From contig NW_021831839.1 of NCBI RefSeq assembly GCF_006345805.1, positions 56 to 64,055 on the forward strand: a stretch of 64,000 bases of DNA. The letters run 5' to 3'. The notes beneath the pieces were generated by a model. That model had not been told where the DNA came from, searched no databases, and worked only from the letters and a program-made list of their open reading frames with translations. Source of the stretch: Octopus sinensis. Lineage: Eukaryota. Both the position numbers and the translations under genes were made by a program. Positions 37,880 through 50,645 of this stretch are shown one piece after another; position 1 is the stretch's first letter; each line of letters begins with the position of its first letter.

Positions 37880-38012
37880 GTGTGTGTATATCTATATGTA
37901 TTTATGTATGTATGTATGTATGTATGTATGTATGTATGTATGTATGTATGTATGTATGTATGAATGTATGTATGTAACTATCTATCTATATATCTATCTA
38001 TCTATCTATCTA

Positions 38013-38067
<55 letters not shown>
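37880..38067. repeat. Compound (TG)/(TATG)/(TATC)/(TA) microsatellite
   Basis: Direct reading of the sequence. Confidence 0.95.
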
Positions 38068-38074
<7 letters not shown>

Positions 38075-38282
38075 GAAAAAAACCATCTTTTATCAATTCA
38101 AAATGAACAATTAAATTACACCCTTTAGAAAGTTACCTATAATAGAAATATTAACATTAAAATAGCAATAAAATGTCAATGATTAAGTAAATTGCTAAAA
38201 AATAAAATAATAATATATATTATATTGTGTGAAACTTGATTTAGTACTTCTAAATAAGTTTTGGATTTTATTTCCTCAAATA

Positions 38283-38322
<40 letters not shown>

Positions 38323-39214
38323 TAACACCCTAATGGGAGCCTTAACTCCCAAATTTTAGTAATTTCTTTTATGATCCAAAACTAGGTCAAAAGTACTGAA
38401 TGAATCTTTATGAAATTTGGAAATTATATTCTATGCATAAGGGCCATAAACCCCATGACAATTCATGTAATTTTGCTGTTGATGAAATTTTAATCATAGA
38501 TATTAGACACAAATGAAGTAATATTTATAAAATTTCATCTTCTTACAAGTTAGAAAGACCCCTCCATGGGGACTTAACACGCACAATTTTGTCATTTTAT
38601 CTAAGCATAAATGAATACAGTTGTGCTCTTGGAAGCTGTAGGGTTACCTGAGCATAAAAGATGAGCATTATTTATGGTGAGGAATCCTACATTGGGAGTG
38701 GTATCTACTAGGGTAGGATAGCTGACTGCTTATTGTGATGATTCATCTTTTGGTTTCCTGTAGCTTTGCTCTCTTTTACAAACCCAGTGAACATATATTT
38801 CCTATTTCAAAGAAATTCAAGCAATAGATATAAGACCAAAGTTAAAAAGATTCTCAACAATTCAACTTCTCTGGTTGACATTAAGATGCCCACCCCCAAT
38901 AGGGGCATTAACTCTCACATTTTAGAGCTCTATGACCTCCATTTTTCAGGAGCAAAATCCTTTTAACAGGTTCCATAAAACTGGAATTTTGGAATATGCG
39001 CATAAAAATCAGTAGTATGGGATACATGTGGCACAATTACAATTTTGTTTGTGTGTGTAAAGAGGCAAATAACCCTCATCTGCAATTTTGATGAAATTCG
39101 AAACATAGGTATTCCAGTTCATTACAGAAAATATAACAGAAAAGTCTAATTCTTCAATTGTGTGTAACTTGGGCAACGCCGGGTAACTCTTCTATTATAT
39201 ATATACGTGAAAGA

Positions 39215-39505
39215 GCACAATTCAAGCGTGATTGTTACGAACATCGACTTACTGGCACCTGTGCCAGTGGCATGTGTTAAAAGATTTGAACGAGGTCATT
39301 GCCAGTACCGCCTGACTAGCCCTGTGCTGGTGGCACATAAAAAGCACCCACTACACTCTCGGAGTGGGTGGCGTTAGGAATGGCATCCAGCTGTAGAAAC
39401 TCTGCCAGATCACGAATGGAGCTTGGTGCGACCGTCTGGTTCACCAGCCCTGAGTCAAAATCGTCCAACCCATGCTAGCATGGAAAGCAGACGTTAAATG
39501 ATGAT
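39215..39505 (+). mobile_element. SINE or RTE-3'UTR-derived repeat ending in GATGAT
   Basis: GGTGGCACATAAAAAGCACCCACTACACTC...CCAACCCATGCTAGCATGG...GACGTTAAATGATGAT is homologous to 62530-62720. Confidence 0.85.
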
Positions 39506-40094
39506 ATATATGATATATATGGATATATATGATATATATGGATATATATGATATACATGGATATATATATATATATATATCCATTTATAAAGAGGCATTT
39601 TTCATCAATAAATTTCTCCCCCAACTAAATATGAACACACAACTCAATACAGAACACCACTAACTCTTCAATTGAAACCACTAAACCCTATACACTTCCT
39701 ACACTACTCACATCTCTAAATCCAGAACTACTTACCTCCCTTACAAATAATCTTTTTTCTCAGGAACTATTAGACCTGACACCCTTCATTAACCGGTGTT
39801 ATTCAAGCGATGAATAGTTTTGCGTAAACCATCATTTGTTTTGTTCTCTTACTTTATTATCATCTTATAATCATCTCATAATAAGGACTTTTATGACTCG
39901 TATTACTACCTCAGTCAATCTAAATGTATATATTTGTCGTTATCTGTCATAAATAGCCTTTTTCTATTTGCAATGTGCATTTTTGTTGATTTTTCTTATT
40001 TTACCCTTACATTTCCATGTGTATTTTTTATTTTCTTTCCGTAACATATTTCTACTATCCATATATATATATATATGTGGATATATATATATTT

Positions 40095-41662
40095 TTTCAT
40101 TTTTTCATTTTATCTAGTTTCAGCTCACGAGCTGTGGCCATGCTGGGGCACCGCCATTTGGTGTTGCTACATGATTTTACTTCACGAATGCTTTTTAGCA
40201 ATTGACATTTGGTGCATGAGAGAGTTTGATGCAGCTGCCCTTATCTGCACCTCCTGCTGTGATGTTGGTTCATCTGGGACACCTGATATGAAGAGGTCCC
40301 GCATTATTTTAAAGACATCTGCATCCACACCATGCAGGTCTCTCAGGTCCTTCGGGAGGATATTGAAGAGCTGTGGACCTTTGAAGCCCAGGCTATCACA
40401 GTATCTTGTCCTACATCTTGATGGCAAATTTGGAGTCCTTGGCCCTATGCAGTGGAGCCCAGTTCTAGTATTTGTGTAACTCTCAATGTGAAAGTTTGAG
40501 ACAAGTCCTTCCAGGATCTTCCAGAGGTATATTATGGCATATCTTTATCGCCTACGCTCTAAGGAATAGAGTCTTAATCTCTTGAGTCTGCTTTCCTTGA
40601 AGAAAATAACTTGCTGCCTGACACCCAACATGGTTTCCAGCCAGGAAGTAGCTGCCTAACTCGGCTCCTACAACACAATGACTGGGTACTGAAACAACTG
40701 CTCAACCACTCAAATGTGGAAGTCATATATCTCGACTTTGCAAAGGCCTTTGATAAAGTCGATCATGGAATGATATGTCACAAACTGTGTGATCTTGGCA
40801 TAGTTGGGAAATTGGGAGAATGGCTTCATGACTTTCTGAAGGATAGAAGTCAGGTGGCCACCTCCAATGGGGCCACCTCCAATAACATGCAAATAGTGAG
40901 CGGTGTTCCTCAAGGCACTATTTGGGACCACTACTGTTCATAATGGCCCTCTCAGACATGCCCTCATCCATGCAGGGAGCCACGATCACAAGTTATGCCG
41001 ATGATACAAAAGTTTCACAGGTAATACAGAACCCTGAAGACACTATGCACCTGCAATGTGAGCTGGATGAAATACAAATGGGCTGAAAAGAATAGCATGC
41101 AGTTCAATGCTGAAAGTTTCAAGCTTTATGCTATCAGCATGCAAAACTAAATGCAATACTCAATAAATACACTGGACCTGGAGGGATTGCAATCCCAGAG
41201 GCACAATCAGTGTGAGACCTAGGTATTTACATGATTAATGATGCAACCTTTCATGTGCATGTTGCTAAATTGGCAATGAAATGTAGGTGGCTGACCGGAT
41301 GGATTCTTAGAGCTTTTAGAACAAGAGACCAGGAAACCATGACGGTCCTCTGGAGGACACTTGTCCTTAGCCACTTTGACTATTGCTCTCAGCTATGGTC
41401 ACCAACCAGTGTCAAATTAATCACAGAATTTGAGGCAATCCAACGAAGCTACACGAAGAAGATAGCCTCTATATAGCATGTAAGCTATTGGGAAAGGCTC
41501 AAGAGATTAAGACTCTATTCCTTAGAGTGTAGGCGATAAAGATATGCCATAATATACATCTGAAAGATCCTGGAAGGACTTGTCCCAAACTTTCACATCG
41601 AGAGTTACACAAATACTAGAACTGGGCTCCACTGCATAGTGCCAAGGACTCCAAATTCGCCA
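40095..41662. mobile_element. CR1/Jockey-like LINE with internal inversion (3' end on minus 40095-40588; RT on plus 40590-41662)
   Basis: Plus ORFs QHGF..LDFAKAFDKVDH..SGVPQGT, YADD and FDYCSQLWSP. Minus ORF 40182-40427 GPQLFNILPKDLR. Confidence 0.88.
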
Positions 41663-41664
41663 AG

Positions 41665-42360
41665 GACCCCAAATTGAGGGGCTTCTTTATCAAAGTGTCT
41701 ATCTGCATTTGCTTGTTTATTCGAATGTGTAGTTTCCTAGTAGTGCTCCCTACGTAGGGTGCCCCACATTTATTGCAGACGACCTCATATACTGCATGTT
41801 TTGATGTCATTGATGGGGCAGTTGGTGAGTGTGCACTCCACAGTGCTCCCTTAGGTATTTTTCCTTGATAGAGCTTTCTTCAGGGATAGACTGGTGTGTA
41901 CCAGCTGTATGTTAAGTCTCTCCCTGCGGATGGATGTTGGGTAGCTGCTGATGTTCTGTCATCTAAGTAGGGCAGTCTAAGGAAGCATGTTTCTGATCTG
42001 ATGTTATGGGCTTCTCTGTGTAGTTTACCCACTTTCATTATTCACAGAGGCAGTCTTTTAGCTGTGGATGGTGGATAACCGTTGTGTGCTAAGTTCCTGA
42101 GGAACCGCTTCATGCTGATGGCTTTGTCACTTACTTCATTGCATCTGTCTCTTATGCATGTTATTTAATTTTGTATATGTGCAGTTTTGGCTCTGGTGGA
42201 CCGGGCCGAATCATAATGCATGAATAGATTCCTAGTCACTGCTTCTTTTGTAAAGATTCATGTGGATGTAACCATCCTCTGTGATCCTGATTTGGAAATC
42301 CAGCAGAGAGAGAGATCCAGGCTTGTCTGGGTGTTCATTTTCAAATTTATGTGACTGTCA
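41665..42360 (-). mobile_element. Penelope-like element fragment (RT thumb to GIY-YIG)
   Basis: EHPDKPGSLSLLDFQI, HNGYP and VYEVVCNKCGAPYVGSTTRKLHIRI. Confidence 0.8.
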
Positions 42361-42859
42361 ATGTAGTTGAATTTTTCATGTATGGAATTTACTCCTTCCC
42401 GTGAAGGGTGAGCATCTCACATTATTCCATCTTTACACAACTACATTCTTTAAATACATATGTATTTATATATATATATATACTTGCTGACATAACCGGT
42501 AATTCCTAGGAAAGTGGGGCTTGTCCCTTTGTTCCATTCTCATAATTGTTTCGCTAATCCATTAACAACAATACAAAGTATCAGTCTTACACAGGAACTT
42601 GTTTTTAGGAATTCCCAATAAGTTATGAATTCCCAAATTGTGAAGTCAGTTATGTAATAACATGAAATTAATTACCCGATAGTAAGATTTCAAACAAAGT
42701 AGCCCCAAAATGGCTTTAATACATTCCCAGAGTATATAGAACTTAAGAGGAAGCACTGATAAGGTATGTATACTAAAATCATGAAGCATGTTATGTAAGG
42801 ACAGGCTAATGAGATAGGAGATAATAACAATTCAAAGTAAATAACTCTGAAAAAAGCTT

Positions 42860-44015
42860 TTGTGCATCTGCAGAGAATATTACCCTCAGCGGTGCTAGTG
42901 TTTACTTCGCAAGTTGTGAAATTTGTTTTTGTGATCTTGTTTGTGCTATAGTTTGCAATTTTGTCATAAACTGAAAGTTTGAACCAAGAGCCAATGTGAA
43001 ATTTTGCGTTAAACTTGGGAAGTCTGCTACAGACATTGATCATGCTTTGGCAAGCTTACAGCGATGAGGCAATGAGTTGTATGCAAAGTTTCAATTAGTG
43101 TGGATGCTTCAAAAGTGGAAGAACATCCTAAGAAGACAGAGAGCAATCTGGGTGACCTACCATGAATGTCTGCCTGTAAAATTCATCAGCTTGTGCATGA
43201 GGATCATCTGAAAGACAACATTGCTGATGCCGGTTTGTCATATTGGTTCATGGAGGCAATCCTAACATCTGAATTGAACATGTGGTGTGTCTTTGCCAAG
43301 TTTGTCTCCTGCCTGCTGACTACTGAACAGAAAGAACATCATGTCAAAGTCTGTCAAGATCTCCATTGGCAGGCTTCTGATGACCCATCCTTTATGTCAA
43401 GAATCATCACCGGTGATAAGAGTTGGGTCTATGGGTACAACCCTGAGATGAAGCAACCATCATCCCAATGGAAGAGGCCTTCATCACCATAACCAAAGAA
43501 GGTATAACAGATCTACAGCTCAATCAAGAGCATGCTCATTGTTTTTTCAACATCACCAGTATTGTGCATAAAGAATTCATCCCATAAGGCCAGACAGTCA
43601 ATGGAGAATTTTACTGTGATGTTGTGAAGCATTTGAGGGAGGACATTTGGCTAAACAACCAGATCTATTGAGCACACAGAAGTGGATTCTTCATGATGAC
43701 TGCTCCCTATCTGAGTTCCTTGCCAAAAACAACATGGTATCACTCCCACACTTGCCCTATTTGCCAGGTTTAGCATCTGCAGACTGCCATCTCTTTGCCA
43801 AGGTAAAAATTTAGCTCAAAAGTTGCCATTTTAACACTGTTGTCATGATGAAGAGTGAATCACACAGAAAGTGCTCGACTTGCTTACAGAAAATGATCTC
43901 CAGGCCAGATTCCAATAGTGGCAGGAATGTTGGGATCAGTGTATTGCTGTGCAAGATGACTTTTTCAAAAGAGATGCTGTTAAAAACTTAAGTAAACAAG
44001 TTATTTTTTTATTAA
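42860..44015 (+). mobile_element. Decayed mariner transposon
   Basis: RANVKFCVKLGKSAT; ORF 43166-43492 IITGDKSWVYGYNPEMKQPSSQW; HLPYLPGLASADCHLF. Confidence 0.9.
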
Positions 44016-44018
44016 ACA

Positions 44019-44790
44019 CTAGCAGTGTAGCCTGGCTTTGCCAGGATTAAGTTAGGATTATTAAGCTAATGAAGTTCGTTATTTCAAACCAAACTAAGTA
44101 ACATCGATGTCATATTTGAGCGAAATCTGTTGAAATTGGTAAAATTTTGGCTGAAAATGAGTTGCAGATGACTTGATTGGGAAATCCCATAAGGAATCGG
44201 TCTATTGATTTTTTTTCCCACTCATCGATCTTTTTTCGTTTTTAGAGAACTGAGAGTATTCAAAGATCCCATGACTCCTAAGTAAGGCTGGCATCAAGTT
44301 TGAACAAAATACATCAAATTCGGTAAAAGTTATGGTTGAAAATGGGGTGTAGCCAATTTTATTGGGAAATCCTATAAGGAATCGGTTTATCGATTTTTTT
44401 TTATTTTTTTATCCTGATTAAATGGAAAACCCCATGAGGAATCAGTTAATTGGTTTTTCATCCCAAATAGGACTTAACCGAACACAATATTGTTGATTCA
44501 AAAACATAAATATTTATTCTTTAAAGTTGGTTTTCACACCCAACTCAGTTCTGCAGAATCGGTGTCGTGATGGGAGCGCATGGGTTGATCAGGCTGCACA
44601 TGCACATGTGATCAGGTTGCACATGTGATCAGGTTGCACATGCCAGCCCTTTGAAAACACCACCCCCATCATCTAACCCCCCTTTGCCCGTGGGTTGGGA
44701 AGCCTTCCAGCAAGGAAAATAGAATGCCCAAAAGAGCTCCCGCTCCTCTGTGTCAGAAGTGGTTACATTCAGATCACAACTAAGTTTTAA
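44019..44790 (-). mobile_element. Non-autonomous Helitron (3' end at 44019)
   Basis: CTAG at 44019-44022 with hairpin CCTGGC-TTT-GCCAGG at 44031-44045. Body is homologous to the reverse complement of 55240-55980. Confidence 0.8.
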
Positions 44791-45249
44791 GAATATATAT
44801 ATATATACACACACACACACGATCATACACATATTGCATACATGTGTTTTGTTCAGATATATGTTCGTGTGTGTGTGTGTATGTGTGTGTGTGTGTTGCC
44901 CGTATATCGACAAAATACTTAACAAAAGTTTTAACAAAAACTTACTCATAGCTAGAAGGGGACTTAACTCCTGTTGTAAACAATTGTGGATTTCTCCGAC
45001 TTGAAAATTGCTAAAAGTTTTGGCTGAAAATTCATTTTTACCATTATGCTGGTGCCTCTGAGAAAAATAAGTTGACAAAAATACAGCTAGGGTCATGATG
45101 AATGTCCTAAAATTGGAGCGACATGCATGCTATGTGGACATGCATAAATTACATCCACGTACACACACACATCATGCCTTTTATATATATACAGATAACT
45201 AATCTGGGAACTTTTTAATACCATTCCCTACCTTTTAATATTCTCATGT

Positions 45250-45465
45250 TTTTAAGGCGGTGAACTGGCAGACTCATTAGCACACTGGGCAAAATGTTTA
45301 GTGGCATTTTGTCCGGCTTTACATTCTCAGTTCAAATTCATCTGAGGTTGAGACTTTGCCTTTCATCTTTTCCAGGTCAATAAATAAGTACTAGTTGAGC
45401 ACTGGGGTCAATGTGATCAACTTATCCCCTCCCCCAACATTCCTGGCCTTGTACCAAAATTTGAA
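45250..45465 (+). mobile_element. tRNA-derived SINE (second family)
   Basis: AAGGCGGTGAACTGGCAGA...AGTTCAAATTC...AATAAATAAGTACTAGTTGAGCACTGGGGTCAATG, with A/B-box-like head. Confidence 0.65.
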
Positions 45466-46005
45466 ATCAATATTTTCACTGTCTTCTTCATCATTCTGTC
45501 CGCTGTTAATTTTTGCCCAATTAAATATAATAAATAAAATCTTTTAAATTTTAAAACTAATGTGAATACAAATACAGATTTCACAGAAAATAGAACAAAA
45601 TGGTAATCATTTGTGTTATTTAAATAAAGTTCAGGAACCGAATATCTCTTCATATTTGAATGTGATTTCACATCCTAAAGTAGGTGTGTGCTTCTGATTG
45701 ACATGTTTCTTTTACTTTCTCCTGATCAGATGATATGATTATAATATTTGAGTCATTGACAGAAAGTTAATGCCTTAGGCATTATCTATGATACATGGGT
45801 GTGATTCCTATTCTCTCTGAAATATTCTCTGTACATCTATTCACATTTAATTTTAAATTATGCTTTAAAAGGAATTTTTCAATTAATCCTCTTAATTTTA
45901 ATTTATTTCAAGTTGTTGTTCTTGCATTAGAAAAATTACTTCTTGGAATGACAAGGTAGCTATTAAATGATATGTATATGTGTTTTATATTTTCATTTCC
46001 TTCAG

Positions 46006-46275
46006 TTTCTCTTGGATTAATTGAGGGTGGCACAAAATTTACCAGGAAGAATCAACCAGTAACTTTTGAATGTCCTCTTGAAAAGCAAAACCTTAAACAC
46101 TGGCGAATTGATAGATACATCATTAGCAGAACTGCTAAAACTGAAACTTTGAAGCAAATGTGCTTCCTAACAATGTCAGGATCATAAACATCACACTTCT
46201 TCAAATATTGAGCAAATAATTGTTTGTGAAAGCACCACTGGTGAGAAGACAAGATTCATGCAAAACCATTATTCA
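46006..46275 (+). pseudogene. Putative Ig-like domain exon with apparent 1-nt frameshifts (alternative donor at 46240)
   Basis: Acceptor TTTCATTTCCTTCAG| in phase 1 gives VSLGLIEGGTKFTRKNQPVTFECPLEKQNLKHWRIDRYII. Other frames give NNVRIINITLL and IEQIIVCEST. Donors CTG|GTGAGA and TCA|GTAAGT. Confidence 0.5.
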
Positions 46276-46869
46276 GTAAGTACAAATATAAATCATTTGT
46301 ATGTATTTTCCTGTCAATATTAATCTATTATGACCATGAAGAAGAAATATATTCTATAAACACTAACTTTGAGTTTCAGTCAATTCACAAAATATGTTGT
46401 AACAAACTATACTGCCAATAATACATTGAAAGAATGTTCATTTTAATACATGATGAAGATGATGATGATTTTTTTTTCTGTAAGTATTTTATCCTATATA
46501 TGTTGTTATTATTGAAAAAGCTGAGAGTCATCATCATCATCTTCGTATCTTAAAATGAACATTCTTTCAATGCATTATCTTTTTTTAGTGTGTATACTGG
46601 TTGGATTTCTGATTGTCATCAGAAATGTTATTCTTGAATATGCAAACACGCACATACACACAAGTATATATTATCATCATCACCATCATCATTGTCATAG
46701 TTTAGCATCAATTTCCATGTTGGTATGAATGAGATGGTTTGACTGGAGCTGGCATGGCCAGGAGCTGTACCAGGCTCCATTGACTTCTTAGGTTGATAAG
46801 GCTGAGATGCTGGAGATGGTGAGGAGGAAACATGCGCATCATACTGAACATAGTAAATCATGCAGACAA

Positions 46870-48290
46870 ACATGCAGACAAACATTGCACATCATATTGA
46901 ACATTGTAACTTCATACCTTTCTAGTCTTTGCATGCCCTCTACATTCAAGGACCATGTCTGCCTATCACGTGGCATTGCTGTTTGTGCACAGGCATCACA
47001 CAACCTTCCTTTCTCTCAGAAAGAGAGACTTTGGTTGCCACTTGAGGTAAAAGATCTCTGAACTTTCTCCATCTTATTCTAGCAATTTCATTTCCTCTTC
47101 CACTGAAAATTAGGTCACCTAGCTAGCAGAAATTGCCCAGTACCTTTAGAGCACTCTTGGGCATTTGTGAAAATCCATTTCTTGTATTCTTGTAGATTTT
47201 ATGACTCCTATGCATTTTCCACATACAGACACTAATTCTCTGTTAACCTCCCTACTGTTTCCACTGCACCTGTTTGCATCCATTGCATACCCTGAATACG
47301 CTGAAATGAATTTCTGCCTACACCATTCTTACATACTGAGAAAAACCATTTACCTGAAGTGAGTAGGGTCCTGTTTGTTTTCTTGTTTACAAGGCTTTGT
47401 CTTTGCTAACTTAACTTCAGGGCTCTTTGATCCAGGCTTTGCTTCCACACCTGAAACCTTTTTCTAGTTTTGTTACTGATTCTGCTGTGAGAGCAAGGTA
47501 ATTTACATATAGTAGTTCTCATTGGCTTCCAGGCTTAAATTCCTCTGTTATGACCTGGAGGACAATTCTGAATAGGAGGTGGCTGAGGACTGAGCCTTGA
47601 TGAACACCTAACCTACACTAAATTTATCACTGTGCTCATGACTAATTCTAACATTATTTATAGCAACCCTGTACAATACCTGAATTGCTTTTCACAAGCG
47701 TCTATCTATCTCTAGCTTCCTGAAAGACCAGCATTTTACAGAGCAGGGTGCTCTGCTGAATGCTTTCTCCAGGTCAACTAATGCCAAGTACAACAGCTTA
47801 TTCTTAGCTTAATATTACCTTGTACTCGCCTGACTTCTTCCATTACTGTGCCAAACTGCATTTCATCTAGCTTAATTTGTTTCTAATTAATTGGGTTATT
47901 ATTCTCTCCATAACTGTCATCACTTTGTCAAGCAATTCGAGACCTCTATAATTAATTCTATCTAGTGCATTTCGTTTACTATTTTAGTCACTGATTATGA
48001 TCCTGGTATACCAGTCATTGGGGATTATACCTTCCTGAATAACCTAATAACTAAACAGTGTCTAGATTGTATCCAACTTTATAGATATTTTAAGCATCTC
48101 AACAGTGACTCCTGAGGAACCAAGGATTTTTCCAGTCTCTATATCTTTAATTACATTATATCATACTGCTGTCTATATGAATGGTTGGCTCCTCTGTTGG
48201 GTTCACATGATGGGGAGCCTCCTTTTTCTATTCATTCTCTACATTTAATAGCCCTTCACAGTTGCTCTTTCACACATTTTTCTTTTTCCT
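46870..48290 (-). mobile_element. Old RTE LINE fragment (same group as 60599-62720)
   Basis: Reverse-complement similarity to the RT and C-terminal region of 60599-61650 (e.g. GATCTTTTACCTCAAGTGGCAACC, GGTGTTCATCAAGGCTCAGTCCTCAGCC). Confidence 0.75.
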
Positions 48291-48370
48291 TCTAACCACT
48301 AACACTAGCATGCCATTATCTATCTGTACACATTTATCCCACAAAATCTCAATCAATCTCTGACACACTC

Positions 48371-48773
48371 TTTTACAATTTTATTTGTTTCAGTCATTTG
48401 ACTGCGGCCATGATGGAGCAGTGCCTTTAGTTGAGCAAATCGACCCCAGGACGTTATTCTTTGTAAGCCTAGCACTTAGTCTCTCGGTCTCTTTTGCTGA
48501 ACTGCAAAGTTACAGGGATGTAAACGCACCACAATTGGTTGTCAAGCGATGTGGGGGGGGGACAACACAGACACACAAACATTTAACACACACATATATA
48601 TATACATATATACGACAGGTTTCTTTCATTTCCGTCTACCAAACCCACTCACACACACTTTGTCAGCCTGATGCTATAGTAGAAGATACTTGCCAAGGTG
48701 CCACACAGTTGCAATAAACCCAGAACCATGTGGTTAGTAAGCAAGCTACTTACCACACAGCCACTCCCGCACC
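48371..48773 (-). mobile_element. Full-length tRNA-derived SINE
   Basis: Minus strand head GGAGTGGCTGTGTGGTAAGTAGCTTGC...GGTTCTGGGTT and tail ...CATGGCCGCAGTCAAATGACTGAAACAAAT. Confidence 0.88.
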
Positions 48774-50209
48774 TGTGTAGCAATATGCAAAATCTCAAGT
48801 CTCTGATCTTCATACTGTAAGATATTGGCAAACCTCTTCCGTCTGCTTCTACCCTAGCAAGATAAATCTAGTACCTTGCTTCCCTTTTAGCTACTAATAT
48901 GGTTCTTTGCTACTATCCCTTTTCCACACTTTCCAAACCCATTTCTTTTATAGCCCTGTCGACCTGATTGTTCCACCACCATATCACCTTTGATCTGGCA
49001 AAAGCTTTGCTCCAACCACAAATCATCATCATCATCATTTCACACAACTGGGTTGGATATTTGACAGGCTGGCTTGGCAGAAGATTGCCTCAGGTTTCAC
49101 TAACTGTTTTGGCAGGGGTTTATGACTGGATGCCCTTGCTAACACCAACCAACTTATAGAGTGAACTGAATGGTTGGAGAAACGAAAGAAAGAGGCACTC
49201 AATGCATTTGACTACGAATACGTAGTTTGTTTTTCCCTTAATATTCGAAATATTAGATCTGGACATATAAACACTAAGTTATATGTTTTAACTTAAAATT
49301 TTTTAGTTCATAAAATATCTTTGAAAAAATAAGTATACATTTTATTTAAGAAATAATGGTGAAATTCATATGATTATTGATTTTAAAAATATGTATTTCT
49401 AATTTTTTTTATTTAATTATAATTTAAGATACATACATTTATTTAATTATTCTTATTATTATAATTATTATATGTGAACTAAAATCTAAAAGTATTATTC
49501 ATGGTTGTTTTGTAAAATAGTTTGTAACGTAAAATATTATAGTATAGGTAGTGAAAAGTTTTTTTCTTTTTTTCTTTATATACTATTGAATTTAATAATA
49601 ATAATAATTACTTTGTTTATTCTATCAATATTACTTCTAGACATAAATTAATTTACTTATATAATAAGTTTAAATTATTTGTGAGTATATTTTTGAAATA
49701 TATACAAAATACTATTGCAGGGTTGTGGCTGCAGCATTGTTCATGTAAGATATATTATAAGTGTACACATGTTTGTGTAGGGTTTAGTACATAGTTAGAA
49801 TCATATCAAATTAGATGTTTATTTAATTAGTAAATAAATATATAATTTAATTAATTAATGAATATAGATTAAATTATAGTAATTTAGCTTAACTTAAGTA
49901 TTAGATGTATTTTAAGTATTTTTATTTTAATTAATTGGACTCATATTTTTCCAGTAAAGATATACTATAGCTTGTTTAGATTATTCTCATAGTTAAAATA
50001 TATCTTCACAGATAAATTACATATTTCTATCTATTTACCCTATTTTTTATGTTAGGTTTTTAACGTGATAATTGTATTATAAACACTTGGTCCTACTTAG
50101 TTTAATGGAATTTCTTTTATAAGAAGAATCATGTTTTAATTCTTTAAGAAATATTGTTTAATTCTGTTTGATTATTTATTGAAAATATGTATTTATTGTT
50201 ATTATTGTT

Positions 50210-50321
50210 GACCTGAGGAGTGACTATACTTTTTAATTGAATTGTAATTGGATTGATTAAATCTAAATTTAAATTTAATTGTAATTCAAATTGAAGATAT
50301 AGCCATGAAACGTACATAGTC
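50210..50321 (+). ncRNA. Type-I hammerhead-like motif with long helix II (probably inactivated)
   Basis: GAC-CUGAGGA-GUGACUAUA...UAUAGCCAU-GAAA-C-GUAC-A-UA-GUC. The helix III closing pair is C.A instead of C-G. Confidence 0.55.
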
Positions 50322-50529
50322 TTTTTACTAATTATATACTGTTGTTTATTATTATTATATAATTTATTGTGATCTAGGTAAATGTTTTATCATATATTTT
50401 ATTTTTTCTATATAGTATGATTTGCATCTATCATTGTTTGAATTATATAATAATTGTTTCTTCTTAATTTAATAATATATTTTATATTGTGAAATTTGAT
50501 TTTATACTAAATTAAATTTTTCCCTGTAA

Positions 50530-50645
50530 GTTTAGAGTTATGCACCCTAATAATAATAATAATAACGATATTGTTATTATTATTATTATTATTATCATTA
50601 TTATCATTATTATTATTATTATTATCATTATTATTATTATATATA
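50530..50645. repeat. (TAA)n/(ATT)n microsatellite
   Basis: Direct reading of the sequence. Confidence 0.95.
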
